From contig JANOQV010000197.1 in NCBI GenBank assembly GCA_031414955.1, positions 1-22,347 on the forward strand: DNA of 22,347 bases, in the 5' to 3' direction. The translations under genes were made by a program, and so were the position numbers. Source of the DNA: Pedosphaera sp. (GTDB lineage Bacteria > Verrucomicrobiota > Verrucomicrobiia > Limisphaerales > SIBH01). Shown here piece after piece: positions 1 through 9,580 of this stretch. Below the pieces are notes generated by a model that had not been told where the DNA came from, made no database searches, and was given only the letters and a program-made list of their open reading frames with translations. Numbering within the stretch: the first letter of the stretch is position 1; every line of letters starts with the position of its first letter.

Positions 1-1
1 C

Positions 2-3000
2 GGCCCCATCCTCTACGACACCCTCGCCCCCGCCTCCGTCGGCGGAGCCAACGAATCCACCTACTTCACCAACACCTTCGGCCCGACCAACCTCGTGACC
101 GGCCTGAACGTGCTCGCCGTCGAAATCCACCAAAACGCCACCAACAGCAGCGACATCAGCTTCAACCTCGAACTCATCGCCCAGACCCTCAACCTCACCC
201 TGCCCACCAACACCACCGCGCCCTTCGTCCAGAGCCAGAACCCCCTGGCCGGCGCCACCGTCAGCACCCTGACCAGCGTCCAAGTCGCCTTCAACGAAAG
301 CGTGACCAACCTCAACGCCGCCGACCTCCTCGTGAACGGCACCCCCGCCACCGGCCTCAGCGGCGGCCCCGCCACCTACACCTTCACCTTCGCCCCGCCC
401 CCCCTCGGCGCCGTCGCCATCACCTGGGCCGTCGGCCACGGCATCACCGACCGCGACCCCGCCCCGCTGCCCTTCGACAGCCTCGCCCCGAGCAACACCT
501 GGAACTACAACCTCGCCGACGTCGTCGCCCCCACCATCATCGCCAAGAACCCCGCCGCCGGAGCCAGCATGACCAACCTCACCAGCCTCAACGTCACCTT
601 CAGCGAAGCCGTGACCGGCGTGAGCGCCGGCGACCTGCTCGTGAACGGCGCGCCCGCCAGCGGCCTCACCGTCAACACCCCCGCCAACTACACCTTCACC
701 TTCGGCCCGCCCGCGATCGGCACCGTGAACCTCAACTGGATAACCGGCCACGCCATCACCGACACCTCGCCCTCGGCCAACGCCTTCAACACCAACAGCG
801 CCGGAGCCAACTGGCAATACACCCTCACCGTGCCCTCCAGCGTCCTCATCCCCTCGAACACCGTATGGCGCTACCTCAAAGGCTCGAACCTCGTGGACAT
901 CCCCTCCAATCCCATTCAAGCCTGGCGACAGATCAACTTCGACGACAGCACCTGGAGCAGCTCCGCCACCCCGTTCTACTATGGCGACCCCTACACCAAC
1001 GCGACCACCGGCGTGGGCACCCTTCTGAGCGACATGCAGGGCAACTACCAATCCGTGTATTTGCGCCATGAATTCACCATCGCCAGCCCCAGTGCCGTGA
1101 GCAACTTCATCTACAAACACCAGAGCGACGACGGCTTCGTGGCCTGGATCAACGGGGTGGAAGTGCTGCGGCACAACATGGCGGGCGTGCCGGCCGACCC
1201 GCCCAATCTGATTCCCACCGGGGTGGGCAACGCCGCCGAAGCCGGCAGTGGCGGCGCGTTCACCGTCGTCGTGACCAACACCGCCGCGCTGGGCGCGCTC
1301 GTGACCGGGACCAACCTGCTCACCGTGCAAGCCTGCAATGCGAATCTGGCCGCCAGCTCCGACTTCGGGTTCAACCTGCAGTTTGAAGTCACCGCCGTGG
1401 AGCTCAACCCGAGCAACCTGCCCCCGCGCCTCTTCGCCCGCGCGCCCGCCTCCGGCGACATTACGAGCCTGACCAGCCTCGACGTGACCTTCACCGAGCC
1501 GGTCAGCGGGGTGGAAGAAAACGACCTCCTCATCAACGGCCTGCCGGCTGGCGGCTACAGCGGGAGCGGGAGTAATTACACCTTCACCTTCCTGCAACCG
1601 GCTTACGGGCCGGTGGCGGTGAGCTGGGCGGTGGGGCATAACATTGAGGACTACGACCAGCCGCCCAAGCCCTTCGACAGCACGGCCGGCGGAGCGACCT
1701 TCAGTTATACATTGGTCAATCCGGCCGCGCCCGTGGTCGCGACCCAAGCGCCCGTATCCGGCGCGACCCTTAGCGCCTTGACCAGCCTGAGCGTGACCTT
1801 CAACAAAAATGTGAGTGGCGTGAACGCCGCCGACCTGCAAGTCAGCGGCGTGGCCGCGAGCGGCCTGAGCGGGAGCGGGAGCAACTACAGCTTCACCTTC
1901 ACCCAGCCCGCCTACGGCAGTGTCGGCATCACCTGGGCGGCGGGCCACGGTATCTTCGCGACCGGCAGTCCTGTCGACACCTTCGACCCGGCCCGCCCCG
2001 GCAACACCTGGTCCTATAACCTGATCGACCTGACCGCGCCGACCCTCGTCGCGAAGACCCCGCCCGGCGGGGCCAACGTGACCAACCTCACCACCCTCTC
2101 GGTGACCTTCAGCGAAAACGTGCTCAACGTGAACGCCGCCGACCTGCTCATCAACGGACTGCCCGCCACCGGCCACTCCGGCAGCGGGGCCAACTACACC
2201 TTCACTTTCGCCCAGCCCAACACCTCCGTGGTCAATATAAGTTGGGCCATAGGGCACGGCATCACCGATACGGCGGCCAATGCCTTCGACGGGGCGGCCG
2301 CCACCTGGCAATACTTCACTCCCGACAACGTGGCCCCCGTGGTCAGTCTCATCAGCCCGCTGCCCAACGCCACCGTGCGTGACCTGACCAGCATCGCCGT
2401 CACTTTCAGCGAGCCGGTCACCGGCGTGAACGCGAGCGACTTGCGCATCAACACCGTGCCGGCCACGGGCGTGAGCGGCAGCGCGGCCGGCCCTTACACC
2501 TTCACCTTCACCCAGCCCGCGACTGGCGCGGTCGATGTCATCTGGGCCGCCGGCCACGGCATCGCCGATTTGGCCGGGCCGCCGAACAACTTCCTCGGCG
2601 GCGAATGGGCCTACCTGTTGAACCCAGCCGCCGTCTTCGCGGACAAGATCGTGATCAACGAAATCATGTATTTGCCGCCGACCAAGGGGACGAATGACGA
2701 GTGGCTGGAGTTCAAGAACACCGACACCGTGGCCGTGAATCTGAACGGCTGGCGCCTGAGCATAGGCGTGAACTACACCTTCCCGAACGTGAACATCCCG
2801 GCCGGCGGCTACCTGGTGGTAGCGGCGAACCTCAGTACCTTTGCGGCCAAGTATCCAGGCGTGACGAATGTGGTGGGACCGTGGAGCGGGAGCCTGGCCA
2901 ACAACGGGGAGAAAATCCAAATCGAGACGGCGCTGGGCGAGAACGTGAACGAAGTCGATTTCGCGACCGAGGGCGACTGGGCGGTGCGGCAAGTGGGCCT

Positions 3001-6000
3001 GAGCCTGGGCGGTTATCGCGGCTGGGTGTGGACCATTGCGGCGGACGGCTTCGGGCCGACGCTGGAACTGATGAACGCGGCCCTGCCGAATCAATACGGG
3101 CAGAACTGGCGGGTGAGCACCGCGACCAACGGCACGCCCGGCGCGGCCAACGCCACCGCGCGGACCAATGTTCCGCCGCTGATTCTGAATCTGGCGCACG
3201 CACCGGCGGTGCCGAGATCGACTGATGCGATCGTGGTCACGGCCCGTTTGCTTGACGAGCGGACCAACGGGCTGGCGGTCACGCTCTTCTACCGCAACGC
3301 CACCACCGTGACCCCGCCCGCCTTCACGACTCTGACCATGTTCGATGACGGCGGGCACAACGACGGCGTGAGCAACGACAAGATTTGGGGCGCGACCATC
3401 CCGGCCCAGGCCGACAAGACGGTGATCGAGTTCTACGTGCGAGCGAGCGATGCGGATAACAATACCAACTACTGGCCGGCCGTGGCCTATAATGCGGCCG
3501 ACCAGGGCAGCGCGTTGCGCACGCCGGAGACCAGCGCCAACGCGCTGCTCCAAGTGGACGACACGGTCTATGCCTTCTCCCAACCCCAGTACCGTCTGAT
3601 CATGACGGAGCAGGAGCGACGCGACCGATTTGCCAGCACGGCCAACGCCGAATTCAACGGCACGTTCATCTCCATCGATGGCACCGGCACGGACGTGCGC
3701 TACAACGCCAGCTTCCGCGAGCGCGGGGCTGGCTCGCGTGGCGGAGAACCGGCCAATCAGCGCGTCAACATCCCCACGGACCGGCGCTGGAAAGGGCAGC
3801 GCGAGTTCAATCTGAACACGCGCTACACCCATGCCCAGTACGCCGGCTACCTGCTCTCGCGGAAAGCCGGGTTGGACTCGGAATGGGCGCGCATCGTGCG
3901 CGTGTACATCAATGGCACCAACAACGCTCCCACGAGCGGCGGCACACTCCAGTTTGGTTGCTACATCCACGTCGAGGCTCCGGGCAGCGAACTGGCCTCG
4001 GCTCATTGGCCGCTGGACAACGATGGCAACGTGTATCGCATTTCCAGCGGCGGCCATGTGGCGACCCTGGGCAACCATCAACCGCCCACGGCGGGGAATT
4101 ATCTCAGTCTGGGATACCTCAAGGCCTCCAATTCCGCCGAGAATGATTACAGCGATCTGACCAACCTCACCTACGTGTTGAACGTGGTGCCGGATCCCGC
4201 CTACGAGGCGGCCGTGCGGGCCATCGTCAACGTGGATGCCTGGCTGACCTACTTCGCGGTCAACTCCATCCTGGAGAACACCGAGACCTCCATCGGCAGC
4301 GGCATCGGCGACGACTCCGGCCTGTATCACGCCTTCGGGGAGAACAAGTGGTATTTCCTCGCCCACGACTGGGACACGATCTTGGGCCAGGGCGACACGG
4401 GCGGGAACGTGAATGAAAACATCTTCATCGCGACCGCCCTGGCTTCGATCGACCGTTTCCTGCACTGGCCGGCCTTTGAGGCGGAGTATTACGCCAAGCT
4501 GCGGCAGCTTTGCACCACGGTCTTCGCTCCCGGGGAAGTGGCGCGGACGCTGGACGAAGGGCTGGGTTCATTCACGCCCACGGGGACCATCGAGCTCATG
4601 AAGTCATTCAACACCAACCGGGTGGCTTACATCCTCTCCGTCCTGCCCGCAGACACCAACGTGCTCAACGTCGCCGCCACGAACATCGGCGGTACCATCA
4701 GCTCGAACACCGTGTTCGCCGCCTCGAATGTGAATTACTTCATCACGAGCACGCTCACCATTCCGACCGGCCTGACCTTGACCATTCAACCGGGCGTGAC
4801 GGTGCGCCTGGCCAGCGGCGCGAACATCGTGGTGGCCAACGGCGGACGCTTGCTGGCCGAGGGCACGGCGGCGCAGCCCATCCTCTTCACCCGCAGCGGC
4901 GGCGCGAACTGGGGCAACATCACCATCAATGGCGCGGTCGGTTCACCCGAGAGCCGCATCGCGTACGCGCGCATTGAGTTCAACGCCACCAGCACGTCCA
5001 CTCCGGCCATCGAAGTCGCCGCTGGCACCGCGCTGCTCGATCACCTGACCTTCGGCAACACCGCCTCGCCCTACATCTATGTCGATGGCGCGTCGTTCGT
5101 GATCAGTCATTGCGAGTTCCCGAACAGCACGGCCGTCTTCGAGCCGGTGCATGGCACGGCCGGCATCAAGGCGGGCGGGCGGGGGATTTTGTATCGGAAC
5201 TGGTTTGGGAAGACGCTCGGTTATAGCGACAGCGTGGATTTCACCGGGGGCAACCGCCCCGGCTCGCCCATCGTGCAGTTCATCGACAACGTCCTCACCG
5301 GGAGCGACGACGACCTGCTCGACCTCGACGGCACGGATGCCTGGGTGGAAGGGAACATCTTCCTGCATGTGCATCGCAACGGCACGCCGGACTCGGCCAG
5401 CGCGGTCAGCGGGGGGAGTGATGCGGGGCAGACGTCGGAGATCACGGTGGTGGGGAACATCTTTTACGACGTGGACCAGGCGGCCACGGCCAAGCAGGGG
5501 AATTATTACACCTTCATCAACAACACGGTGGTGCGGCAGAGCGGGGCGGGTTTCGGGGACGCGGGGGTGACGGCGGTGTTGAACTTCGCGGATGAGGGCA
5601 TCGCGCAGGCCCGGGGCATGTATGTGGAGGGGAACATCCTGCACGACATCGAGCGCATCACGCGGTATGTGACGAACGGGACGACGGTGGCGAGCAACAC
5701 GGTGTTCAACGGGAACCTGATGCCGCTGACGTGGGCCGGGCCGGGGGCCACGAATCTGACCAACGCGCCGCTCTTCAAGCAGGTGCCCACGATGGCGCAG
5801 ACGACGAATTTCACGAACTGGGCTTCGGCGCAAATCATGCGCGACTGGCTGAGTTTGTTGCCGGGCTCGCCGGGGCTGGGCAACGGGCCGAATGGTTCGG
5901 ACAAGGGCGTGATCCCGGTCGGCGCGACGGTGGCGGTGGGGCCGGGGGCGACGACGAATGACGCAGTGTTCACGGTGGGAGTGAACCGGTCGAATGCCGT

Positions 6001-9000
6001 GTCGCTGGCCTCGGGCGGGTTCCCGCAGGGTTCGGGTTACACGCATTACAAGTGGCGGCTGGATGGCGGGGCCTGGAGCGCGGAGACGCCCATCGGCACG
6101 TCGTTGAGCATTCCTGGTTTCAAGAGCGGCGCGCATCGGCTCGATGTGACCGGCCGTCGGGACACGGGCACGTATCAGGACGCGGCGGATTATGGGGAGC
6201 TGGCGGTGGTGACTTCGGTGTTCAGCCATGCGGCGCAGCGGGTGCGGATCAATGAGGCGCTGGCCAGCAATGGCGCGTCGGTGAATCACGAGGGGACGTT
6301 CCCGGACATGATTGAGTTGTATAATCCGGGGTCGAGCGAGGTGGACATCGGCGGGCTGCGGCTCACGGACGACATCACCAATCCGGACAAGTTTATCTTC
6401 GAGCCGGGGACGAAGATTCCGGCCGGCGGGCATCTGGCGGTGTGGGCGAACAATGAGGACGCGACGTCGGGCATTCATCTCGGGTTTTCGTTGAGCAAGG
6501 ACGGGCAGTCGCTCTTCCTCTACGACACGGTGGATCATGGCGGGGTGCTGATCGACTCGGTGACGTTCGGGTTGCAGCTCACGGATTATTCGGTGGGGCG
6601 CATCGGGACGAGCTGGACGCTCTGCGTGCCGACGGCGGGCGGGCCGAATGTGCCGGCGGTGGCGGGCGCGGCGCAGGGCTTGGTCATCAATGAGATTCTG
6701 GCGGCGGAGCTGGTGGCGTTCCCGGATGATTTTGTGGAGTTGTATAATCCGTCGTCCCTGCCGGTGGCGCTGGCGGGTTTGTTTTTCACGGATAATCCGG
6801 CGCATTGGCCGAATCGCAGTCCGATTCCGGCGCTGACGTTTATCGGGGCGGGCGGTTACATCGCGTTCCGGGCGGATGGGAACACGAATGCGGGTTCGGA
6901 CCATCTGAATTTCTCGCTGGAGGCGGAGAAGGGATTGGTGGCGCTCCTAGCCCCGGCTGCGCCTGGGTCGGGGTTGCTGGATGTGGATTTTTCGCTGATT
7001 GATTGTGTGATTTATGGGCCGCAGAGCACGGACATTTCGCAGGGGCGGGTGCCGCAGAATATTTTCGATAATAATTTCTTCCTCACGCCGACGCCGGGCG
7101 CGCCTAATCCGGGTCTGATCTCGACGAACAGCGGGGTGGTGTTGAATGAGGTGCTGGCGGCGAATGGCAGCATCGCGGAGTTGGGGGGCTCGAAGCCGGA
7201 TTGGGTGGAGTTGTTTAATCTGGGGAACACGAATATCGACTTGGGGGATTTTAGTCTTTCGGATGATTCGTTGGTGGCGCGGAAGTTTGTCTTCGCGCCG
7301 GGCACGGTGGTGCCGGCGCTGGGTTATCTGCGGGTGGTGTGCGACGGCGGGCTGGCCGTGGATGTGGCGGGCACGAACGCCACCGGGTTGCGCAACAGCG
7401 GGTTTAACATCAAGGCGGAGGGTGGCTCGGTGTTTTTGTTTGGGCCGCTGGCCCAGGGCGGGGTGCTCCTGAATGCGCTCACGTATGGGTTGCAGGCGGT
7501 GGATTTCTCGGTGAGCCGGGTGCCCAATGGCTCGGGCGCGTGGGCGCTCACGGTGCCGACGCCGGGGGGGGCGAGTATTTTGGCGGGCACGGCGAGCGCG
7601 AGTTTGGTGAAGGTGAACGAGTGGATGCCGCGGCCCAGCTCGGGGGATGATTGGTTTGAGTTGTGGAATCCGAGTGTGCAGCCGGTGGCCATCGGCGGGT
7701 ATCACACCACGGATGTGTTGACGAGTCCGACGAAGTCGCCGATTCCGGCGCTGTCGTTCTTGGGGGCGAGCACGAACGGGTATCAGCGGTTTTGGGCGGA
7801 TAACAATGTGGGGGCGGGGGCGAACCACACGAGTTATGCGCTGAACAACACGGCGGAGGCGGTGGGCTTTGCCACGCCGGGCGGGGTCTTGATTGATTCG
7901 ATTTCATATAGTGCTCCGGCGCTGGGGGTGTCGGAGGGGCGGTTCTTGGATGGCTCGGGGACGATTGTGCGGTTTCCGGGCACGGAGTCGCCGGGGGATG
8001 CGAATTATTTGTTGATTACGAACGTGGTGGTGAACGAGGCGCTGGCGCACACGGATGTGCCGTTGGAGGATGCGATTGAGTTGCGGAACTTGACGGCCAG
8101 TCCGGTGAACATCGGCCACTGGTGGTTGAGTGACGCGCAGGGGACGCCGCGCAAGTTTCGGATTCCGAACGGGGTGTCGATTCCGGCGAACGGGTTCGTG
8201 GTGTTCTACGAGACGCAGTTCAACAACGGGCCGTTGACGAATGCGAGCGCGTTTTCGCTCAGCTCGGGGAACGGGGATCAGGTTTACCTGAGCACCGGGG
8301 ACACGAACGGGAACCTGACGGGCTACCGGACGGGGGTGGATTTCGGCGCGTCGCAGAACGGGGTGTCGTTCGGCCGTTATGTGACGAGCGACGGGCGGGA
8401 GGAGTTTGTGCGGATGAGTGCGCGGTCCTTCGGCCAGGATGATCCCGGGAGCGTGGCGATCTTCCGCACGGGGTTGGGTCGGGCGAATTTGTATCCGGCG
8501 GTGGGGCCGATCGTGATTGCCCAGATCATGTTCCGGCCGCCGGACGTGGGCACGAATGACAACTCGCTGGATGAGTTTATCGAATTGAAAAACATCTCGG
8601 GCAGCGCGGTGACGTTGTATGATCCGCTGGCGGCGACGAACACCTGGCGGTTGCGGGATGCGGTGGATTTCAACTTCCCGGCGGGAGTGTCGATGCCGGC
8701 GAACACCCGGCTGTTGCTGGTCAGCTTTGATCCGGTGAGCAATCCGTCGCAGTTGGCGGCTTTCCGGGCGAAGTACGGAGTGGACGGGACGATCCCGATC
8801 CACGGGCCTTATACGGGCAAGCTGGCGAACAATGACGACAAGGTGGAGTTGTATCGGCCGGACGCGCCGAACACGAACACCGTGCCTTGGGACATCCCTT
8901 ATGTGCAGGTGGACCGGGTGCATTATTACGACCTCGCGCCGTGGACGGCGGGGACGGCGGCGGATGGCACCGGGGCGGCGTTGCTGCGGGTGAGTTTGAC

Positions 9001-9442
9001 CGGCTTCGGCAACGACGCGACGAACTGGGTGGCGGCGGTGCCGAATTTCGGCGGCGGCGGGGACACGGACGGGGATGGAATGCCGGACGCGTGGGAGACC
9101 TTGTATGGGTTGAACCCGAATAGTGCGGGGGATGCGAATTTGGATTTGGATGGGGATGGGTTGACGAATCTCCAGGAGTATATCGCGGGGACGAATCCGA
9201 CGTTGTTCAGCAGCGCGTTGCGGTTGTATGGGATGGAGGCGTTGGGGGCGGGGAACACGCGGATGTTTTTCAACGCCATCTCGAATCGGAGTTACTCGAT
9301 TCTGTACAAGAATGGGTTGGTGGATGCGGCGTGGTCGAATTTGTTTACGGTGAGCGCGGCGGCGACGAACCGGACGTTGCAGATCAATACTTCGGTGGGG
9401 ACGAACCGGTTTTTCTGGTTGCGCACGCCGCAGTTGCCGTAG
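2..9442 (+). CDS. Giant multidomain exported/surface protein, 5'-partial (>3146 aa): jelly-roll modules, 6 Ig-like repeats, lamin-tail domain, divergent CotH-like kinase domain, right-handed beta-helix, 6 more lamin-tail domains, TSP3-like Ca-binding motif and a C-terminal domain
   Basis: The frame is open from base 2 (GPILYDTLAPASVGG...), so the GTG at 95 is not the true start; the stop is TAG at 9440-9442. Ig-like repeats have the form LTSLxVTFSExVxGVxAADLxVNG...YTFTF. Lamin-tail starts: IVINEIMY, VRINEALA, LVINEILA, VVLNEVLA, VKVNEWM, VVVNEALA, IVIAQIMF. The CotH-like region is about 3580-4640 (RGAGSR, VRVYING, GCYIHVE, WYFLAHDWD). The beta-helix region is about 4680-5900 (DDDLLDLDG, VEGNIF, FINNTV). 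DTDGDGMPDAWE...DLDGDGLTNLQEY lies near the C-terminus. Confidence 0.9.
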   Translation, partial: GPILYDTLAPASVGGANESTYFTNTFGPTNLVTGLNVLAVEIHQNATNSSDISFNLELIAQTLNLTLPTNTTAPFVQSQNPLAGATVSTLTSVQVAFNESVTNLNAADLLVNGTPATGLSGGPATYTFTFAPPPLGAVAITWAVGHGITDRDPAPLPFDSLAPSNTWNYNLADVVAPTIIAKNPAAGASMTNLTSLNVTFSEAVTGVSAGDLLVNGAPASGLTVNTPANYTFTFGPPAIGTVNLNWITGHAITDTSPSANAFNTNSAGANWQYTLTVPSSVLIPSNTVWRYLKGSNLVDIPSNPIQAWRQINFDDSTWSSSATPFYYGDPYTNATTGVGTLLSDMQGNYQSVYLRHEFTIASPSAVSNFIYKHQSDDGFVAWINGVEVLRHNMAGVPADPPNLIPTGVGNAAEAGSGGAFTVVVTNTAALGALVTGTNLLTVQACNANLAASSDFGFNLQFEVTAVELNPSNLPPRLFARAPASGDITSLTSLDVTFTEPVSGVEENDLLINGLPAGGYSGSGSNYTFTFLQPAYGPVAVSWAVGHNIEDYDQPPKPFDSTAGGATFSYTLVNPAAPVVATQAPVSGATLSALTSLSVTFNKNVSGVNAADLQVSGVAASGLSGSGSNYSFTFTQPAYGSVGITWAAGHGIFATGSPVDTFDPARPGNTWSYNLIDLTAPTLVAKTPPGGANVTNLTTLSVTFSENVLNVNAADLLINGLPATGHSGSGANYTFTFAQPNTSVVNISWAIGHGITDTAANAFDGAAATWQYFTPDNVAPVVSLISPLPNATVRDLTSIAVTFSEPVTGVNASDLRINTVPATGVSGSAAGPYTFTFTQPATGAVDVIWAAGHGIADLAGPPNNFLGGEWAYLLNPAAVFADKIVINEIMYLPPTKGTNDEWLEFKNTDTVAVNLNGWRLSIGVNYTFPNVNIPAGGYLVVAANLSTFAAKYPGVTNVVGPWSGSLANNGEKIQIETALGENVNEVDFATEGDWAVRQVGLSLGGYRGWVWTIAADGFGPTLELMNAALPNQYGQNWRVSTATNGTPGAANATARTNVPPLILNLAHAPAVPRSTDAIVVTARLLDERTNGLAVTLFYRNATTVTPPAFTTLTMFDDGGHNDGVSNDKIWGATIPAQADKTVIEFYVRASDADNNTNYWPAVAYNAADQGSALRTPETSANALLQVDDTVYAFSQPQYRLIMTEQERRDRFASTANAEFNGTFISIDGTGTDVRYNASFRERGAGSRGGEPANQRVNIPTDRRWKGQREFNLNTRYTHAQYAGYLLSRKAGLDSEWARIVRVYINGTNNAPTSGGTLQFGCYIHVEAPGSELASAHWPLDNDGNVYRISSGGHVATLGNHQPPTAGNYLSLGYLKASNSAENDYSDLTNLTYVLNVVPDPAYEAAVRAIVNVDAWLTYFAVNSILENTETSIGSGIGDDSGLYHAFGENKWYFLAHDWDTILGQGDTGGNVNENIFIATALASIDRFLHWPAFEAEYYAKLRQLCTTVFAPGEVARTLDEGLGSFTPTGTIELMKSFNTNRVAYILSVLPADTNVLNVAATNIGGTISSNTVFAASNVNYFITSTLTIPTGLTLTIQPGVTVRLASGANIVVANGGRLLAEGTAAQPILFTRSGGANWGNITINGAVGSPESRIAYARIEFNATSTSTPAIEVAAGTALLDHLTFGNTASPYIYVDGASFVISHCEFPNSTAVFEPVHGTAGIKAGGRGILYRNWFGKTLGYSDSVDFTGGNRPGSPIVQFIDNVLTGSDDDLLDLDGTDAWVEGNIFLHVHRNGTPDSASAVSGGSDAGQTSEITVVGNIFYDVDQAATAKQGNYYTFINNTVVRQSGAGFGDAGVTAVLNFADEGIAQARGMYVEGNILHDIERITRYVTNGTTVASNTVFNGNLMPLTWAGPGATNLTNAPLFKQVPTMAQTTNFTNWASAQIMRDWLSLLPGSPGLGNGPNGSDKGVIPVGATVAVGPGATTNDAVFTVGVNRSNAVSLASGGFPQGSGYTHYKWRLDGGAWSAETPIGTSLSIPGFKSGAHRLDVTGRRDTGTYQDAADYGELAVVTSVFSHAAQRVRINEALASNGASVNHEGTFPDMIELYNPGSSEVDIGGLRLTDDITNPDKFIFEPGTKIPAGGHLAVWANNEDATSGIHLGFSLSKDGQSLFLYDTVDHGGVLIDSVTFGLQLTDYSVGRIGTSWTLCVPTAGGPNVPAVAGAAQGLVINEILAAELVAFPDDFVELYNPSSLPVALAGLFFTDNPAHWPNRSPIPALTFIGAGGYIAFRADGNTNAGSDHLNFSLEAEKGLVALLAPAAPGSGLLDVDFSLIDCVIYGPQSTDISQGRVPQNIFDNNFFLTPTPGAPNPGLISTNSGVVLNEVLAANGSIAELGGSKPDWVELFNLGNTNIDLGDFSLSDDSLVARKFVFAPGTVVPALGYLRVVCDGGLAVDVAGTNATGLRNSGFNIKAEGGSVFLFGPLAQGGVLLNALTYGLQAVDFSVSRVPNGSGAWALTVPTPGGASILAGTASASLVKVNEWMPRPSSGDDWFELWNPSVQPVAIGGYHTTDVLTSPTKSPIPALSFLGASTNGYQRFWADNNVGAGANHTSYALNNTAEAVGFATPGGVLIDSISYSAPALGVSEGRFLDGSGTIVRFPGTESPGDANYLLITNVVVNEALAHTDVPLEDAIELRNLTASPVNIGHWWLSDAQGTPRKFRIPNGVSIPANGFVVFYETQFNNGPLTNASAFSLSSGNGDQVYLSTGDTNGNLTGYRTGVDFGASQNGVSFGRYVTSDGREEFVRMSARSFGQDDPGSVAIFRTGLGRANLYPAVGPIVIAQIMFRPPDVGTNDNSLDEFIELKNISGSAVTLYDPLAATNTWRLRDAVDFNFPAGVSMPANTRLLLVSFDPVSNPSQLAAFRAKYGVDGTIPIHGPYTGKLANNDDKVELYRPDAPNTNTVPWDIPYVQVDRVHYYDLAPWTAGTAADGTGAALLRVSLTGFGNDATNWVAAVPNFGGGGDTDGDGMPDAWETLYGLNPNSAGDANLDLDGDGLTNLQEYIAGTNPTLFSSALRLYGMEALGAGNTRMFFNAISNRSYSILYKNGLVDAAWSNLFTVSAAATNRTLQINTSVGTNRFFWLRTPQLP

Positions 9443-9459
9443 GTCGGGTGGTTTGGGTG

Positions 9460-9499
9460 GAGCGGAGTTGGCGGGGGCGCCGGCTCCGCTCTTTTTTTT
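9460..9499 (+). terminator. Rho-independent terminator of the first giant gene
   Basis: GAGCGGAGTTGGCG-gggg-CGCCGGCTCCGCTC forms a 14-bp stem with two G-U pairs. It is followed directly by T8 and starts 17 nt after the stop codon. Confidence 0.9.
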
Positions 9500-9502
9500 G
9501 GC

Positions 9503-9537
9503 GGGTGGGGCGGCGGAGGGTGGGTTGGGGTGCGGGG
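9503..9537 (+). other. G-run tract matching the canonical G-quadruplex pattern
   Basis: Six runs of at least 3 G (9503-05, 9507-10, 9518-20, 9522-24, 9527-30, 9534-37) with loops of 1, 7, 1, 2 and 3 nt. Only the pattern is seen; function is unknown. Confidence 0.4.
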
Positions 9538-9580
9538 TGGTGGTTTCGGCCTTCTGACTTCGGCCTGCGTGTTGGTTGGG

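Noticed and set aside
5100..5700. Replication origin or terminus as the explanation of the C-to-G skew switch
   Set aside because: The switch is inside a CDS, reverts within about 5 kb, and I saw no DnaA-box cluster, AT-rich unwinding element or dif-like site.
9545..9565. Three degenerate heptamers TTCGGCC-TTCTGAC-TTCGGCC
   Set aside because: Too short and degenerate to call. It may be a relic of a heptamer simple repeat, and it is not a CRISPR array.
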